Of a stretch of 59,381 nucleotides of DNA, positions 17,890-27,552 are shown one piece after another. The stretch lies in NCBI GenBank assembly GCA_903915125.1, contig CAIWRR010000065.1, positions 1 through 59,381 of the forward strand, read 5' to 3'. The DNA comes from Candidatus Firestoneibacteriota bacterium (GTDB taxonomy: Bacteria; Oederibacteriota; D2-FULL-39-29; CAIOVX01). Both the position numbers and the translations under genes were made by a program. Below the pieces are notes generated by a model that worked only from the letters and a program-made list of their open reading frames with translations, searched no databases and was not told the origin of the DNA. The stretch's first letter is position 1. Each line of letters starts with the position of its first letter.

Positions 17890-19821
17890 TCAGGAATCGA
17901 GTTTTTCCAGTTCGTGCGAAAGATTCAGCCATTCTTCCTGGAGTTTTTTTGCCCTCTCCTCGTCAATTTTCAACTGCTTTACCTGTTCAGGGTGCCCCGG
18001 GTCTTTGTAGAACTCCGGGCTCTCCATCTGCCTTATCATCTCAGCGTTCTTGGCGTGCAAGGAATTCATCTCAAGGTTGATCTCTTCAATCCTCGCGGCT
18101 AATTCTTTCTTTTTGTGCGCGACCATGGACGGATTGACCCGTTTTTTCTTTTCCTGAGGCGCGGATTTTACCGCAGGCCTCTCTTTCGGAGCAGTCGTCC
18201 TTTCCTTCAAAGGAAGCCCCACGGTCTCGCCCATAAGCTTCTTTTTCTCGACATAATAGTCATAGCCGCCGGCGAAAGGAATAAGACGGCCGTTATTGAC
18301 TTCAACTATTTTATTGGAAATTGAACGTATAAAATGCACGTCGTGACTTATGAAACAGATAGTGCCGGTGTAGTCGTTTAGGGCCTTTATCAGTATATCC
18401 CTTGACGGGATGTCCAGATGGTTTGTCGGCTCGTCCATCAATATGAAGTTTGGCGGGTTTATCAGGACTTTGGCAAGGACCAACCGGCTTTTCTCCCCGC
18501 CGCTTAATACTTTAACTTCTTTAAAAACATCGTCGCCGCGGAACATGAACATGCCGAGCATCTTCCGGAGCGACAATTCCGCCGCCATCGGCGCCGCTGA
18601 ATCAATTTCCTGGAGTACCGTATTGTCAGGATTAAGCACGTCAAGCCGGTACTGCGGGTAGTAAACCGCGTTGACGTTGAAACCCAGCCGCCGTTTTCCG
18701 CTCTCGAAGGGCAAAACCCCTGCCATTATCTTAAGCAGCGTGGATTTGCCTGCGCCGTTAACACCGACAAGCGCTATCCGGTCTCCCCTCTCAATGGAAA
18801 GGTCAACCCCGGAGTAGATACTTGTGCTGCCGTAGGATTTATGGAGGTTCTCCAGCGCTATTACTTCCCGCCCGCTCTTTACGGGTTGGGGAAAAGAGAA
18901 ATTGAGAGTCTTTTTTTCTTTCTCGACCACTATTTCTTCCATCTTGTCGAGGTGTTTTATTTTGCTCTGCACGGATTTTGCTTTTGAAGCGGTCGCGCGA
19001 AACCTGTTAATGAACTCCTGCAGGCGTTCCTTCTCTTTCTGCTGCTGCCCGGATTGCTTCTCCAGAATATCGCGCTTCTTCTGTTTCTCCTCCAGGAAGA
19101 AGTTGTAATTCCCCTTGTAACTGACCAGCTTGCCGCTGTCTATCTCAAGTATGCGCGTGGATACGTTGTCGACGAAGTCCCTGTCGTGCGAAGTGAATAT
19201 CAGGATTCCCTTGTAGGACAATATGAAGTTCTGCATCCAGAGCAGAGAGTAAAGGTCCAGGTGGTTAGTGGGCTCGTCAAGAAGCATAATGTCAGGCGGG
19301 TTTACCAGCAGTCTGGCCAGGGCTATTCTCATCAGCCAGCCGCCGCTGAACTCTTCCGTGTTGCGGCTGAAATCTTTCTCCTTAAACCCGAGCCCGTAAA
19401 GCACGCGCTTGGCCTTATGCTCCACGTTATAACCGTCAAGCGCTTCGAACCTGTGGCTCAACTCGCTGTATTCATCGTAGTATTTTACCGCGTCGTCACC
19501 GCCCATCTTATGTTCGAGCTCGCGCATCTTCGCTTCAATCCCGCGTATTTCTTCGCTCGAACCGGCCACCTCCTCAATTACAGTCTTGCCGCGTATGGAA
19601 TCAATCTCTTGCGGAAGAAAGCCTATCCTTGCTCCGGTCTCAACGACACGCTCTCCGGAATCACAGTGTTCTTCGCCGGTTATTATTTTAAAGAAAGTAG
19701 TTTTCCCCGAACCGTTCGGTCCGACCAGAGAAACGCGCTCGCCGTCATTAAAATAGGCTTCCGCCTCCTCCAGAATAACCCTTTCGCCGAAATTTTTTGT
19801 GAGTTTCGTAATCTGAAGCAT
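17890..19821 (-). CDS. ABC-F family ATPase (translation/ribosome-associated type)
   Basis: Two Walker A sites (GPNGSGKTT, GVNGAGKST), two LSGG signatures, no TM segment, and a coiled-coil C-terminal tail. Confidence 0.85.
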   Translation of the reverse strand: MLQITKLTKNFGERVILEEAEAYFNDGERVSLVGPNGSGKTTFFKIITGEEHCDSGERVVETGARIGFLPQEIDSIRGKTVIEEVAGSSEEIRGIEAKMRELEHKMGGDDAVKYYDEYSELSHRFEALDGYNVEHKAKRVLYGLGFKEKDFSRNTEEFSGGWLMRIALARLLVNPPDIMLLDEPTNHLDLYSLLWMQNFILSYKGILIFTSHDRDFVDNVSTRILEIDSGKLVSYKGNYNFFLEEKQKKRDILEKQSGQQQKEKERLQEFINRFRATASKAKSVQSKIKHLDKMEEIVVEKEKKTLNFSFPQPVKSGREVIALENLHKSYGSTSIYSGVDLSIERGDRIALVGVNGAGKSTLLKIMAGVLPFESGKRRLGFNVNAVYYPQYRLDVLNPDNTVLQEIDSAAPMAAELSLRKMLGMFMFRGDDVFKEVKVLSGGEKSRLVLAKVLINPPNFILMDEPTNHLDIPSRDILIKALNDYTGTICFISHDVHFIRSISNKIVEVNNGRLIPFAGGYDYYVEKKKLMGETVGLPLKERTTAPKERPAVKSAPQEKKKRVNPSMVAHKKKELAARIEEINLEMNSLHAKNAEMIRQMESPEFYKDPGHPEQVKQLKIDEERAKKLQEEWLNLSHELEKLDS

Positions 19822-19922
19822 TTTTCTCCCATGAATACACAGGGGACAATCCTACCCTTAAGCGCTGGGCAAGGACAGTCCCCTGCAAAAGCGGCCTGAC
19901 GCCGCGAATATTTCCGATTGAT

Positions 19923-21110
19923 TCAGGTTCTGTAATGCGCGTTTATTTTTATATAGCCTTCCGTAAGATCACAGGTCCAGACTTTCGCGCTCTTTTTCCC
20001 GGATCCAAGATCAACCGTGATGCGCACTTCTTTTCCGGCAAGAGCCAGGTGCGCCTTTTTTTCGTTAAAACCCGAATGTTCAATTCCGCCGCTGACAACC
20101 TTAAGCCCGCCAAAGAATATTTTTATTTTCTCTTCACGGAACAAAATACCGGAATTTCCTACCGCGGAAAGCACCCGCCCCCAATTTGGGTCGCCGCCGT
20201 AGACGGCGGTCTTAACGAGCGATGATTTCGCTATCGCCATAGCCGCGGCGCGGGCTGTCTTTTCATCCCCGGCGCCCTTAACTTCTATTTCAACGAATTT
20301 TGAAGCGCCTTCTCCGTCTTTGACAATCTGCTTTGCCAGCGAAATCATTACCGAGGAAAGAGCCTTCAGGAACGCTTTATATTCCCTGCCGGGCGACTTC
20401 ACAGGACGGTTTCCGGCCATGCCATTCGCGAGGCATAAGACCGTATCATTCGTGCTGGTATCTCCGTCCACTGTTATTGAGTTAAAACTCTCTTTAACGC
20501 AAACGCTTAATGCACTATCCAGCATCCGCTTTGAAACTGAAACATCGGTAAGAACAAAACATAACATAGTCGCAAGGTCAGGATGTATCATGCCTGAACC
20601 TTTTGCCATCCCGGAAATGCGGCATTTCCTGCCGCCGAGTTTCAGTTCCGCAGAGGCAGTCTTAGCGAAAGTATCCGTAGTCATAATTCCGCGCGCGGCG
20701 TCGTCGAGACCTTCAGGGCGAAGCAAAAGCGCGGCGTTTTTAACGCCTGAGATTATTTTAGCTACGGGAAGTTTTACCCCTATCACTCCGGTCGAACAGA
20801 CAAAAACGTCCCCGGCTCTTACCGGAAGTTCGGCGGCAACGGCTGACGCCGTCTTTTCAGCGTTCTTGTAGCCCTCTTTGCCGGTCGCGGCGTTGGCATT
20901 TCCTGAGTTGGCAATAACGGCAGAAATACGCCCGTTCTTTGAGTTCTTCATGCTAAGCAGCACGGGGGCTGCTTTAAGGGCGTTTTTTGTGAAGGCCGCG
21001 GAAGCTACCGCAGGGACCTCGGAATAAATCAAAGAAAGATCCGGCCTCCCGCTTTTTTTAATCCCGCAGGAAACTGACGCCGCCTTGAAACCCTTTACGG
21101 AAAAACTCAT
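19923..21110 (-). CDS. argJ: Bifunctional glutamate N-acetyltransferase/amino-acid acetyltransferase ArgJ
   Basis: Self-cleavage region PDLATMLCFVLTD. Start set at MSFSVKGF, whose ATG overlaps the argC TGA (ATGA). Confidence 0.85.
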   Translation of the reverse strand: MSFSVKGFKAASVSCGIKKSGRPDLSLIYSEVPAVASAAFTKNALKAAPVLLSMKNSKNGRISAVIANSGNANAATGKEGYKNAEKTASAVAAELPVRAGDVFVCSTGVIGVKLPVAKIISGVKNAALLLRPEGLDDAARGIMTTDTFAKTASAELKLGGRKCRISGMAKGSGMIHPDLATMLCFVLTDVSVSKRMLDSALSVCVKESFNSITVDGDTSTNDTVLCLANGMAGNRPVKSPGREYKAFLKALSSVMISLAKQIVKDGEGASKFVEIEVKGAGDEKTARAAAMAIAKSSLVKTAVYGGDPNWGRVLSAVGNSGILFREEKIKIFFGGLKVVSGGIEHSGFNEKKAHLALAGKEVRITVDLGSGKKSAKVWTCDLTEGYIKINAHYRT

Positions 21111-22147
21111 GGCATCATCCCGAGGTCGAGCAGACCTGTTGATTCCGGAAGGCACAGCATCAAATTCATATTCTGGACCGCCTGACCGGATGCGCCTTTG
21201 ACAAGGTTGTCTATCGCTGAAACCACTATGAGCTTCTTAAGCCGCGCGTTAACCTTCAGGCCTATTTCGCAATAATTGCTTCCGGCCACATTTTTAACCT
21301 CAGGCAAAACGCCTTCCGGAAGGACTTTTACAAACTGCTTGCCCGCGTAATAATTCTTGTAGACTGCCAGCGCCTTTTCCGTCGAAATATTTTTCAGCAG
21401 GTCAAAAACTGCCGTGGTTATTATGCCGCGGTTATAAGGGCCAAGGTGCGGCGTAAACGAAACCGTCGCTTTGACGCCCTTGCGCAATCTTGAGAGTTCC
21501 TGCTCCATTTCCGGAGTGTGCTGGTGATCGACCAGCTTGTAAGCCTTTATGTTGGCGTGCTGCTCTGAAAAGTGATATTCAGTCTTCATCTTCCGGCCCG
21601 CGCCTGAGACTCCGGAAACGGAATTAATCACAATGCCGGCGGTTTTCACGAGCCCGGCGGAAACAGCCGGAGCACATGCAAGTATCGCTCCAGTTGGGTA
21701 GCATCCGGGATTTGCCGTGAAATCCGCCCCGTATATCTCATGCGCGTATAATTCCGGCAGGCCGTAAACGCTGTCCTTGAGCAGGCCCGGGAAAGGATGT
21801 TTAACGCCGTAGTATTTTTCATAAAGCTTCGGCGCCTTAAGCCTAAAATCCGCGGAAAGGTCTATCAACTTCCTGCCGTATTTGAGAAGCTTAGCCGCGG
21901 CAGCCGCGGATTTTGTGTGCGGGAGACAGAGAAAAATTACATCACTGGTTTCTCCTGCTTTTTTCAAGTCCGCTTTTTCCAGTATTTTATCAATACTAAA
22001 ATACGGCAGGGCCTGTTTTACGGAAAGGCCGGAATAGCTTTCGGAGGTGAGCATGCTCAGGTCGGCATAAGGATGCGCTTTGAGAATGCGGATGAGTTCC
22101 ATTCCCGTGAACCCAGTCGCGCCTATGACCGCTATTTTGTATTTCAT
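21107..22147 (-). CDS. argC: N-acetyl-gamma-glutamyl-phosphate reductase
   Basis: IGATGFTG and NPGCYPTG (active-site Cys) motifs. Confidence 0.9.
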   Translation of the reverse strand: MKYKIAVIGATGFTGMELIRILKAHPYADLSMLTSESYSGLSVKQALPYFSIDKILEKADLKKAGETSDVIFLCLPHTKSAAAAAKLLKYGRKLIDLSADFRLKAPKLYEKYYGVKHPFPGLLKDSVYGLPELYAHEIYGADFTANPGCYPTGAILACAPAVSAGLVKTAGIVINSVSGVSGAGRKMKTEYHFSEQHANIKAYKLVDHQHTPEMEQELSRLRKGVKATVSFTPHLGPYNRGIITTAVFDLLKNISTEKALAVYKNYYAGKQFVKVLPEGVLPEVKNVAGSNYCEIGLKVNARLKKLIVVSAIDNLVKGASGQAVQNMNLMLCLPESTGLLDLGMMP

Positions 22148-23058
22148 TATTTCTCCTGGCGGTTATCTATTACCGCCCCTGCCCTCAGTTTCGCCACAAA
22201 TTCATTGCGTTTTTTTATGAACCTGTCCTGGAAGATCATGGCCTTGAGTTTCTCCCGCAATTCAACCTTTTGCCCCTGAAAATCCACCATATCGTCCAGC
22301 GAGAGTACTTTCCCCGAGTCAATCTTTATGACTTTGAACACATAAAAACCGTCTGATAATTTAACAGGGGCGCTTACTTCTCCTTCTTTCATGGCGAAGA
22401 TGACGGCAGCCATGTCAGGGTTAAGATCTTCTTTCACCATAGTAGCCGCTTCACCTTCCATTTCTGTTCCTGCTTTATATTTTGCAGTCAATTCCGCCGC
22501 GTCGGCCCTTGCCTTGGCCTCATCCGCGCCTATCGGCACTTTTGCCCTCTTGAAAGTAACTTTATTTTCGGTAAACTGGCTTTTGTTCTTCTCGTACAGC
22601 TCCTGATAGTCTTTCGGGTCAATTTTTATTCCGCGCCGCACGCTGTCGGTGATTAGCTTTTCAGAGAGCAGGTTATCCTTTATTCTTGCCGCCAGTTCTT
22701 CTGATGTCATGCCCTCCTGCACAAGAAGGCGGGCCAGGTTCTCGCTGCCGCCGTTCTGCGATTTTATCTGGTCAAGCGCGCCGTCCAGCTCGCCCTTGCT
22801 TACCTCATAATTCAGCTTCTTCGCTTCCTGGACTATGAGCCGTGAAGCAATAAGGTCGTTTAGAATGTCTTTCTTGAGTTTCGCAGCCTGCTCGCCGGAA
22901 GCCTCGGGTTTCATTTTTACGGCTTGAGAGAAGATGCCTTCCAGCTCGCCAGCGGTGATAATCTCATCGTTTACAACCGCGATAACACGGTCAACCGGCA
23001 TTTCAGCCGCGAAAATCGAGGCGCTAAACGCCAGCAAGAAAATCAACGAAGTTTTCAT
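22147..23058 (-). CDS. Periplasmic chaperone/peptidyl-prolyl isomerase (SurA-like)
   Basis: Signal peptide, SurA-N-like VIAVVNDEIIT, and a C-terminal parvulin-like segment. Confidence 0.6.
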   Translation of the reverse strand: MKTSLIFLLAFSASIFAAEMPVDRVIAVVNDEIITAGELEGIFSQAVKMKPEASGEQAAKLKKDILNDLIASRLIVQEAKKLNYEVSKGELDGALDQIKSQNGGSENLARLLVQEGMTSEELAARIKDNLLSEKLITDSVRRGIKIDPKDYQELYEKNKSQFTENKVTFKRAKVPIGADEAKARADAAELTAKYKAGTEMEGEAATMVKEDLNPDMAAVIFAMKEGEVSAPVKLSDGFYVFKVIKIDSGKVLSLDDMVDFQGQKVELREKLKAMIFQDRFIKKRNEFVAKLRAGAVIDNRQEK

Positions 23059-24026
23059 TTAATCTCCTCCAGGTATACTTTGCTTATTTTTACGTTGGTG
23101 CTGTCGCCGAGTTCCTTCAGCCTGGACGCAAGAATCTTCTCGGCTTTCTCGCGGCTGAGCCTGTCTACAATCAAAGGCTTAACCTCTTCAAGACTTGCCG
23201 CACCCTTATTCCTCTTTTCTTTAACCAGAAAAATATGAAATCCGTATTCGCTCTTTATTACCCGGCTCACTTTACCGGTTTCGATCCGGAATACAGCTTC
23301 CGACATCTCCGGCGGTAAATCGTCAGGAGATACAAAACCAAGATCGCCGCCGTTCTCGCTGTCCGGAGACCTTGAGCGGGCTTTCGCTATTTCCATAAAA
23401 TCGCCCCCCCCTGCAAGATCTTTCCGGATGTTTTCCGCCGCAACCGCGTTGTCGGAAACTATTTGAAAGGCATGAACCTGCTCGCCCCTGAGGAATTCAT
23501 CTTGATGCGCCCGGAAGTAGTCCTTGATTTCAGCGTCTCCCGGTGCTGCAACTTCCGCGAATCCGGAAAGCGCCTTCTCAAAAACAACCTGATCAACCGA
23601 ATACTTCTGCCAATCCTCCACGCTTATTCCCCGCCTCTTTAAAACTTCCGGAAAACCTTTACCCGTGACACCGCCATCAAAATCCCTGAATGCAGCCGAA
23701 ATCTCGGCCTCAGTCGCCGTAATTTTCTTTTTTTTTGCTTCGCCCAGCACTATCTTGCGCTCAATAAACCGGTTAAACAATTCTGTTTTAATCGCGCTGT
23801 CCGCGGCTCCGTCGACGGATTTCAAGGCATGGACCTTCTGGAAGAGCTTGAATTCGCTCTCCAGCGCCTGTTCTCCGTTTATAGTCGCGATAACCCGGTC
23901 TTCCGAGCGTTCCTTCTTGCAGGAAGCCGTGAGCATAACCGCAGTAAGAACCAAGAGAAACAAAAAGAAACCCCTAAAGCCTGCGCTCCGGGTTTTTGTT
24001 GAAATGTGCCGTTTGAAGTTATTCAT
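23055..24026 (-). CDS. Parvulin-type peptidyl-prolyl isomerase (PrsA/SurA-like)
   Basis: TM/signal anchor, then VHAFQIVS...GGDLGFVSPDDLPPEM...GFHIFLV. Confidence 0.65.
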   Translation of the reverse strand: MNNFKRHISTKTRSAGFRGFFLFLLVLTAVMLTASCKKERSEDRVIATINGEQALESEFKLFQKVHALKSVDGAADSAIKTELFNRFIERKIVLGEAKKKKITATEAEISAAFRDFDGGVTGKGFPEVLKRRGISVEDWQKYSVDQVVFEKALSGFAEVAAPGDAEIKDYFRAHQDEFLRGEQVHAFQIVSDNAVAAENIRKDLAGGGDFMEIAKARSRSPDSENGGDLGFVSPDDLPPEMSEAVFRIETGKVSRVIKSEYGFHIFLVKEKRNKGAASLEEVKPLIVDRLSREKAEKILASRLKELGDSTNVKISKVYLEEIK

Positions 24027-24139
24027 GCCTGGTTTCCGCCGCCGGCGAGACCTCGCCGTTAAAACTGCTGTCCGGCAGGTCTTCTAGCTTATCCCCGCGG
24101 GCTTATTCTTGTTTGCATCATAAAATACTTTACCTTCGA

Positions 24140-24148
24140 ATTATACCA
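24140..24148 (-). promoter_or_regulatory. Extended -10 element upstream of the PPIase pair
   Basis: Minus strand reads TGGTATAAT. No good -35 is seen. Confidence 0.3.
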
Positions 24149-24164
24149 GAATTGAGCTCTTTAT

Positions 24165-25028
24165 TTAAGCGAAAACACGCAACTTGAGAACCGTTGCAAT
24201 ATTTTTCCTGTCATCTTCAGGGCTGCTCCTCGGAGTTTCCATAATAAACGGGAGATCCTTGAGTTTTGGGTTTTTCAATAAAAGAGACACTCCTGCTTTT
24301 CCTATCTCACCCCGCCCGAGATGTTCGTGCCGGTCTATACCTGAACCAAGAACCGCTTTAGAATCATTGAAATGGATAGCCCGTAATTTTGCCAGGCCTA
24401 TCTCTGAATCAATTTCTTTCAACAGCGAATTCAGTCCTGCAGCCGATCTGACATCATATCCCGCTCCAAAAGCATGCGCCGTATCCAGGCAAATTCCTAT
24501 CCTGCTTTTGTCCTCAACCAGGTTTATGACAGCCCCTAAGTCCCTGAAACTGCCTCCTATAGAGGGCCGAAGCCGGGATGTATTCTCAAGCACAAGCACA
24601 GGGCTTTTCACGCATAGTTTAAAGGCCTCATTAACTGACCGCGCAACCGTCTTTATGCCGTCTTCCGGAGGGCAGCCCTTGCAGCTGCCGACGTGCGTAT
24701 TCAGGCAGTCAGCGCCGAGGAGTTCAGCGCGCTCGAGTTCCGCTGCAAGCGCCTTGACCGACTTTTTGCGCAATTCTTCATCCTGCGATGCCAGGTTCAG
24801 CAGATAGCAGGTGTGTATCATTACGAACTTTATGCCTGCCTTTTTGCGCTGCGCCCGAAACTCAATGGCTTCCGCTTTGTCTACCGGTTTTGACGACCAG
24901 CCCCGCGGATTTTTCGAGAAAATCTGCATGGCGTTTATTTTAAGGGAAGACGCGTAGGAGGCCGCCGCAACGAAACCCCCGGCAATAGGGACGTGAAAGC
25001 CCACGAGAAAAGTTCCGGTTTTTTTCAT
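24165..25028 (-). CDS. nfo: Endonuclease IV (deoxyribonuclease IV)
   Basis: GFHVPIAGG, HVGS, LENT, CLDTAHAF and HFNDSK motifs. Start taken at the second Met (MKKTGTF). Confidence 0.85.
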   Translation of the reverse strand: MKKTGTFLVGFHVPIAGGFVAAASYASSLKINAMQIFSKNPRGWSSKPVDKAEAIEFRAQRKKAGIKFVMIHTCYLLNLASQDEELRKKSVKALAAELERAELLGADCLNTHVGSCKGCPPEDGIKTVARSVNEAFKLCVKSPVLVLENTSRLRPSIGGSFRDLGAVINLVEDKSRIGICLDTAHAFGAGYDVRSAAGLNSLLKEIDSEIGLAKLRAIHFNDSKAVLGSGIDRHEHLGRGEIGKAGVSLLLKNPKLKDLPFIMETPRSSPEDDRKNIATVLKLRVFA

Positions 25029-25069
25029 TTTTTTCCTATAGAATAATTTGCCCGGCATGCTTCAGCGTT

Positions 25070-26362
25070 TCAATTTCGCATTCCCCGGTCAACGGCCTTG
25101 AGCACGGTATGGCCGATGCGCTCCGGCTCTCTGCGTATGGAATTATCCCTGCCGCCGTAGAAAAGAAGATCGGTGAAAATAAACAAAACTATTAACAGGG
25201 CAAAAACATCCTTGTCAATTTTTTTCTTCCTGAAAAGCGTAAAAAGAATCAGAAAGCCCGCGGCCGCTGCCAGAGCGGCCCAGGCATCAAGCGCGGCAAC
25301 CGCGAAAAGTCCGGGACAGGAAGGCTTATAAAGTAAAAAAGCGCCTATAAGCATAATAAAAAAGAGAAAAAAGAATAGCCAGGGAAGTTTCGGAACAAGC
25401 GCTTGCTTCTTGCGTGCCGCGCCTTTCAGCAGCGCATCAAACCCAAAACCTGAAAGGACAGCAAGCGGAAGCACTGCGCCTAAGAGCGCGTAGAACGGAA
25501 AAATCAGGAAGGACGCCAGATAAAACAATGTTTCCGGTTTTTTCCGGTCAATCCCGCAAAAGAAAGCAAAGATAAACGGCAGAAATCCGCAATAAAGGGC
25601 AGTCAGGGGCTGAACTTTACCCGCCGGAATACAGGATGAAACAGAAGAGTTCCCGAAACAACCCGGAAAGATAAAACCCGCAAGACGAGAGAACGGCAAG
25701 GACAGCCCCGCGGCGTCACTCAGATTGAATCCCGCTGCTTTTGGGGAATCGAAATAGCGTCCGCCATACGGCAGGAGCAGCACTGCCGAGAACAGCAGGG
25801 CAAACAAACCCGCGCCAAGAAGAAAAAGCGACATCTTCAACCACTTCTTTCCTGTAATTGCGAAGTACATCGTGTACAGCGAAAGGAAGATAAAGGCGTA
25901 TAGGAATATCTGCGCGCCGCCGGCAAATATCTGCATGGCAAGCGAGAATGCAAGCGCGAAGAACCAGAGAGTTTTCCCTCCCTCGTTAAACTTTTTGAAA
26001 GCCAGTACGGAAAGCGGCAGCCAGGCCGAAGCCGCGAAGATATTCATAGACTCAAGTCTGTCATTCATGCGCCCGTTAAGCGTGAAAACGAGAGAAACCA
26101 AAAGTGCCGCCCAGACGGAAAGCTTATAACTTCTCGCCAACGCAAAGGCAAAGAGCGCCCCAAGGAGCATGTTTAGAAAGAAAAAGGTCTTAAACGCCGG
26201 GACATAAGGCATTATATGGAAGAGCGCGTTTAGCGGATAAAAAACCGTTGATTGAATGCCAACGGGGAAAGGCATTCGGTCGGTAAAGAAGAACCCGGCC
26301 CAGAAAAGCACAATAAAGATTGAGACGGTCAGGGCGGCCGGAAGGATTTCGTGCTTTTTCAA
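25070..26362 (-). CDS. Polytopic membrane protein of unknown function (about 11 TM segments)
   Basis: Hydrophobic throughout, no recognised catalytic motif. Its start overlaps the stop of the upstream TPR gene by 4 nt. Confidence 0.5.
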   Translation of the reverse strand: MKKHEILPAALTVSIFIVLFWAGFFFTDRMPFPVGIQSTVFYPLNALFHIMPYVPAFKTFFFLNMLLGALFAFALARSYKLSVWAALLVSLVFTLNGRMNDRLESMNIFAASAWLPLSVLAFKKFNEGGKTLWFFALAFSLAMQIFAGGAQIFLYAFIFLSLYTMYFAITGKKWLKMSLFLLGAGLFALLFSAVLLLPYGGRYFDSPKAAGFNLSDAAGLSLPFSRLAGFIFPGCFGNSSVSSCIPAGKVQPLTALYCGFLPFIFAFFCGIDRKKPETLFYLASFLIFPFYALLGAVLPLAVLSGFGFDALLKGAARKKQALVPKLPWLFFFLFFIMLIGAFLLYKPSCPGLFAVAALDAWAALAAAAGFLILFTLFRKKKIDKDVFALLIVLFIFTDLLFYGGRDNSIRREPERIGHTVLKAVDRGMRN

Positions 26363-27018
26363 AGCTCCTTCTCCAGCCCGGCTATCTGCTCGTCCGCCTG
26401 CCTGATGGTTTCACGCAGCTCTTTGAGTTCTGAGAGAAGACGGTCCTTTTTCTCACGGAAGCTCTTAAACTCTTCTTCCTTGAGCGCGCGCAGTTCCTGG
26501 AGTCTCGCCGACGCGTTGACGTCAAGCGGATTGCGCTTAACTATTTTCTCGTAAACGCCCATTGCCTCGTCAAGCAGGCCCTGTTTGAAATAGACTTCCG
26601 CCATGGTAACCGTCTCCATTCCGGAGTTTTTCTCAGAGGAGGCCTCGGGCGGCGTTGAGGCGATTGAATTGATCTTTTCTTCTGCGGCTTTTGCCAGCTT
26701 TATGCTTCCCGACTGGCGGTAGATTGCTTCCAATATCGTGTGCGCCATCATGTTGTCAGGATCTATTTCCGTTATCTTTTTAAGCTCGGCTTCGGCCTCG
26801 GCAGGCATATTCTTTTCAAGGCATAACTTTGCAAGAAAGAGCCTGGCGCTGATATAGTCCGGGTGAAAGGCAAGGCCTTTGGAACAGGTTTCCAGGGCTT
26901 CGTCAAAAAGCCTGTTCTTGCGGAAAAGCTCCGCGAGAGGCAGAAAAATAAGGCTTGACGGGTTCTCGGCAAGTTTTTTGCGGTATTCTTCTATTTCTAT
27001 TTCGGTGTTAGTGTCCAT
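26359..27018 (-). CDS. TPR-repeat protein with C-terminal coiled coil
   Basis: Repeated A..Y/L..A..P.. 34-aa patterns, for example FDEALETCSKGLAFHPDY and EAMGVYEKIVKRNPLD. Confidence 0.6.
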   Translation of the reverse strand: MDTNTEIEIEEYRKKLAENPSSLIFLPLAELFRKNRLFDEALETCSKGLAFHPDYISARLFLAKLCLEKNMPAEAEAELKKITEIDPDNMMAHTILEAIYRQSGSIKLAKAAEEKINSIASTPPEASSEKNSGMETVTMAEVYFKQGLLDEAMGVYEKIVKRNPLDVNASARLQELRALKEEEFKSFREKKDRLLSELKELRETIRQADEQIAGLEKEL

Positions 27019-27045
27019 GGCCGGCCTATAATAGCATAATTGAAT

Positions 27046-27552
27046 TTAATATGAAAGCAGCCCGAGAACGGCTTCAGCCGTGCTTTCAGGCGAAAGTTCT
27101 GACGTATCAAGCATGATATCCGCGTGCTTTGCGTAAAGAGGGAATCTATCCCTGATCAGTGTTTCAACTTTCCGCTTCCTGTTTCCGGAATTCAGAAGCG
27201 GCCTCGAGAGCCCCTTGCCCAGCCTCTTTAGTATTGCCTCCGGCGAAGAAAGCAGGCAGACGATTACCCCGTTTTTTTTCAGCGCCATCACATTCGCGCA
27301 GTCCTTTACCGCTCCTCCGCCGGCAGCTATCACCGCGTTCTTTTCTTTAGAAAGCGCCGAAAGCGCTTTCTTTTCAATTTGCCGAAAATACGCTTCACCC
27401 TTTCTCTCGAATATCTCCTTTATGCACATTCCTTCTGCCTTTTCAACAATCCGGTCTGAATCAAAAAAACAAAAAGAGAGTTTTTTCGCAAGTATTTTGC
27501 CCGAGGAGGTCTTGCCAGAAGCCATTATGCCGAGCAATACCACGTTTTTCAT
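27046..27552 (-). CDS. aroK: Shikimate kinase
   Basis: GIMASGKTSSG P-loop, 168 aa, coupled to aroC. Confidence 0.85.
   Translation of the reverse strand: MKNVVLLGIMASGKTSSGKILAKKLSFCFFDSDRIVEKAEGMCIKEIFERKGEAYFRQIEKKALSALSKEKNAVIAAGGGAVKDCANVMALKKNGVIVCLLSSPEAILKRLGKGLSRPLLNSGNRKRKVETLIRDRFPLYAKHADIMLDTSELSPESTAEAVLGLLSY

Noticed and set aside
19849-19893. CAGGGGAC...GTCCCCTG inverted repeat between argJ and the ABC-F gene
   Set aside because: The loop is long (~29 nt), there is no T-run, and no second copy is seen. This is insufficient to call a terminator or regulatory element.
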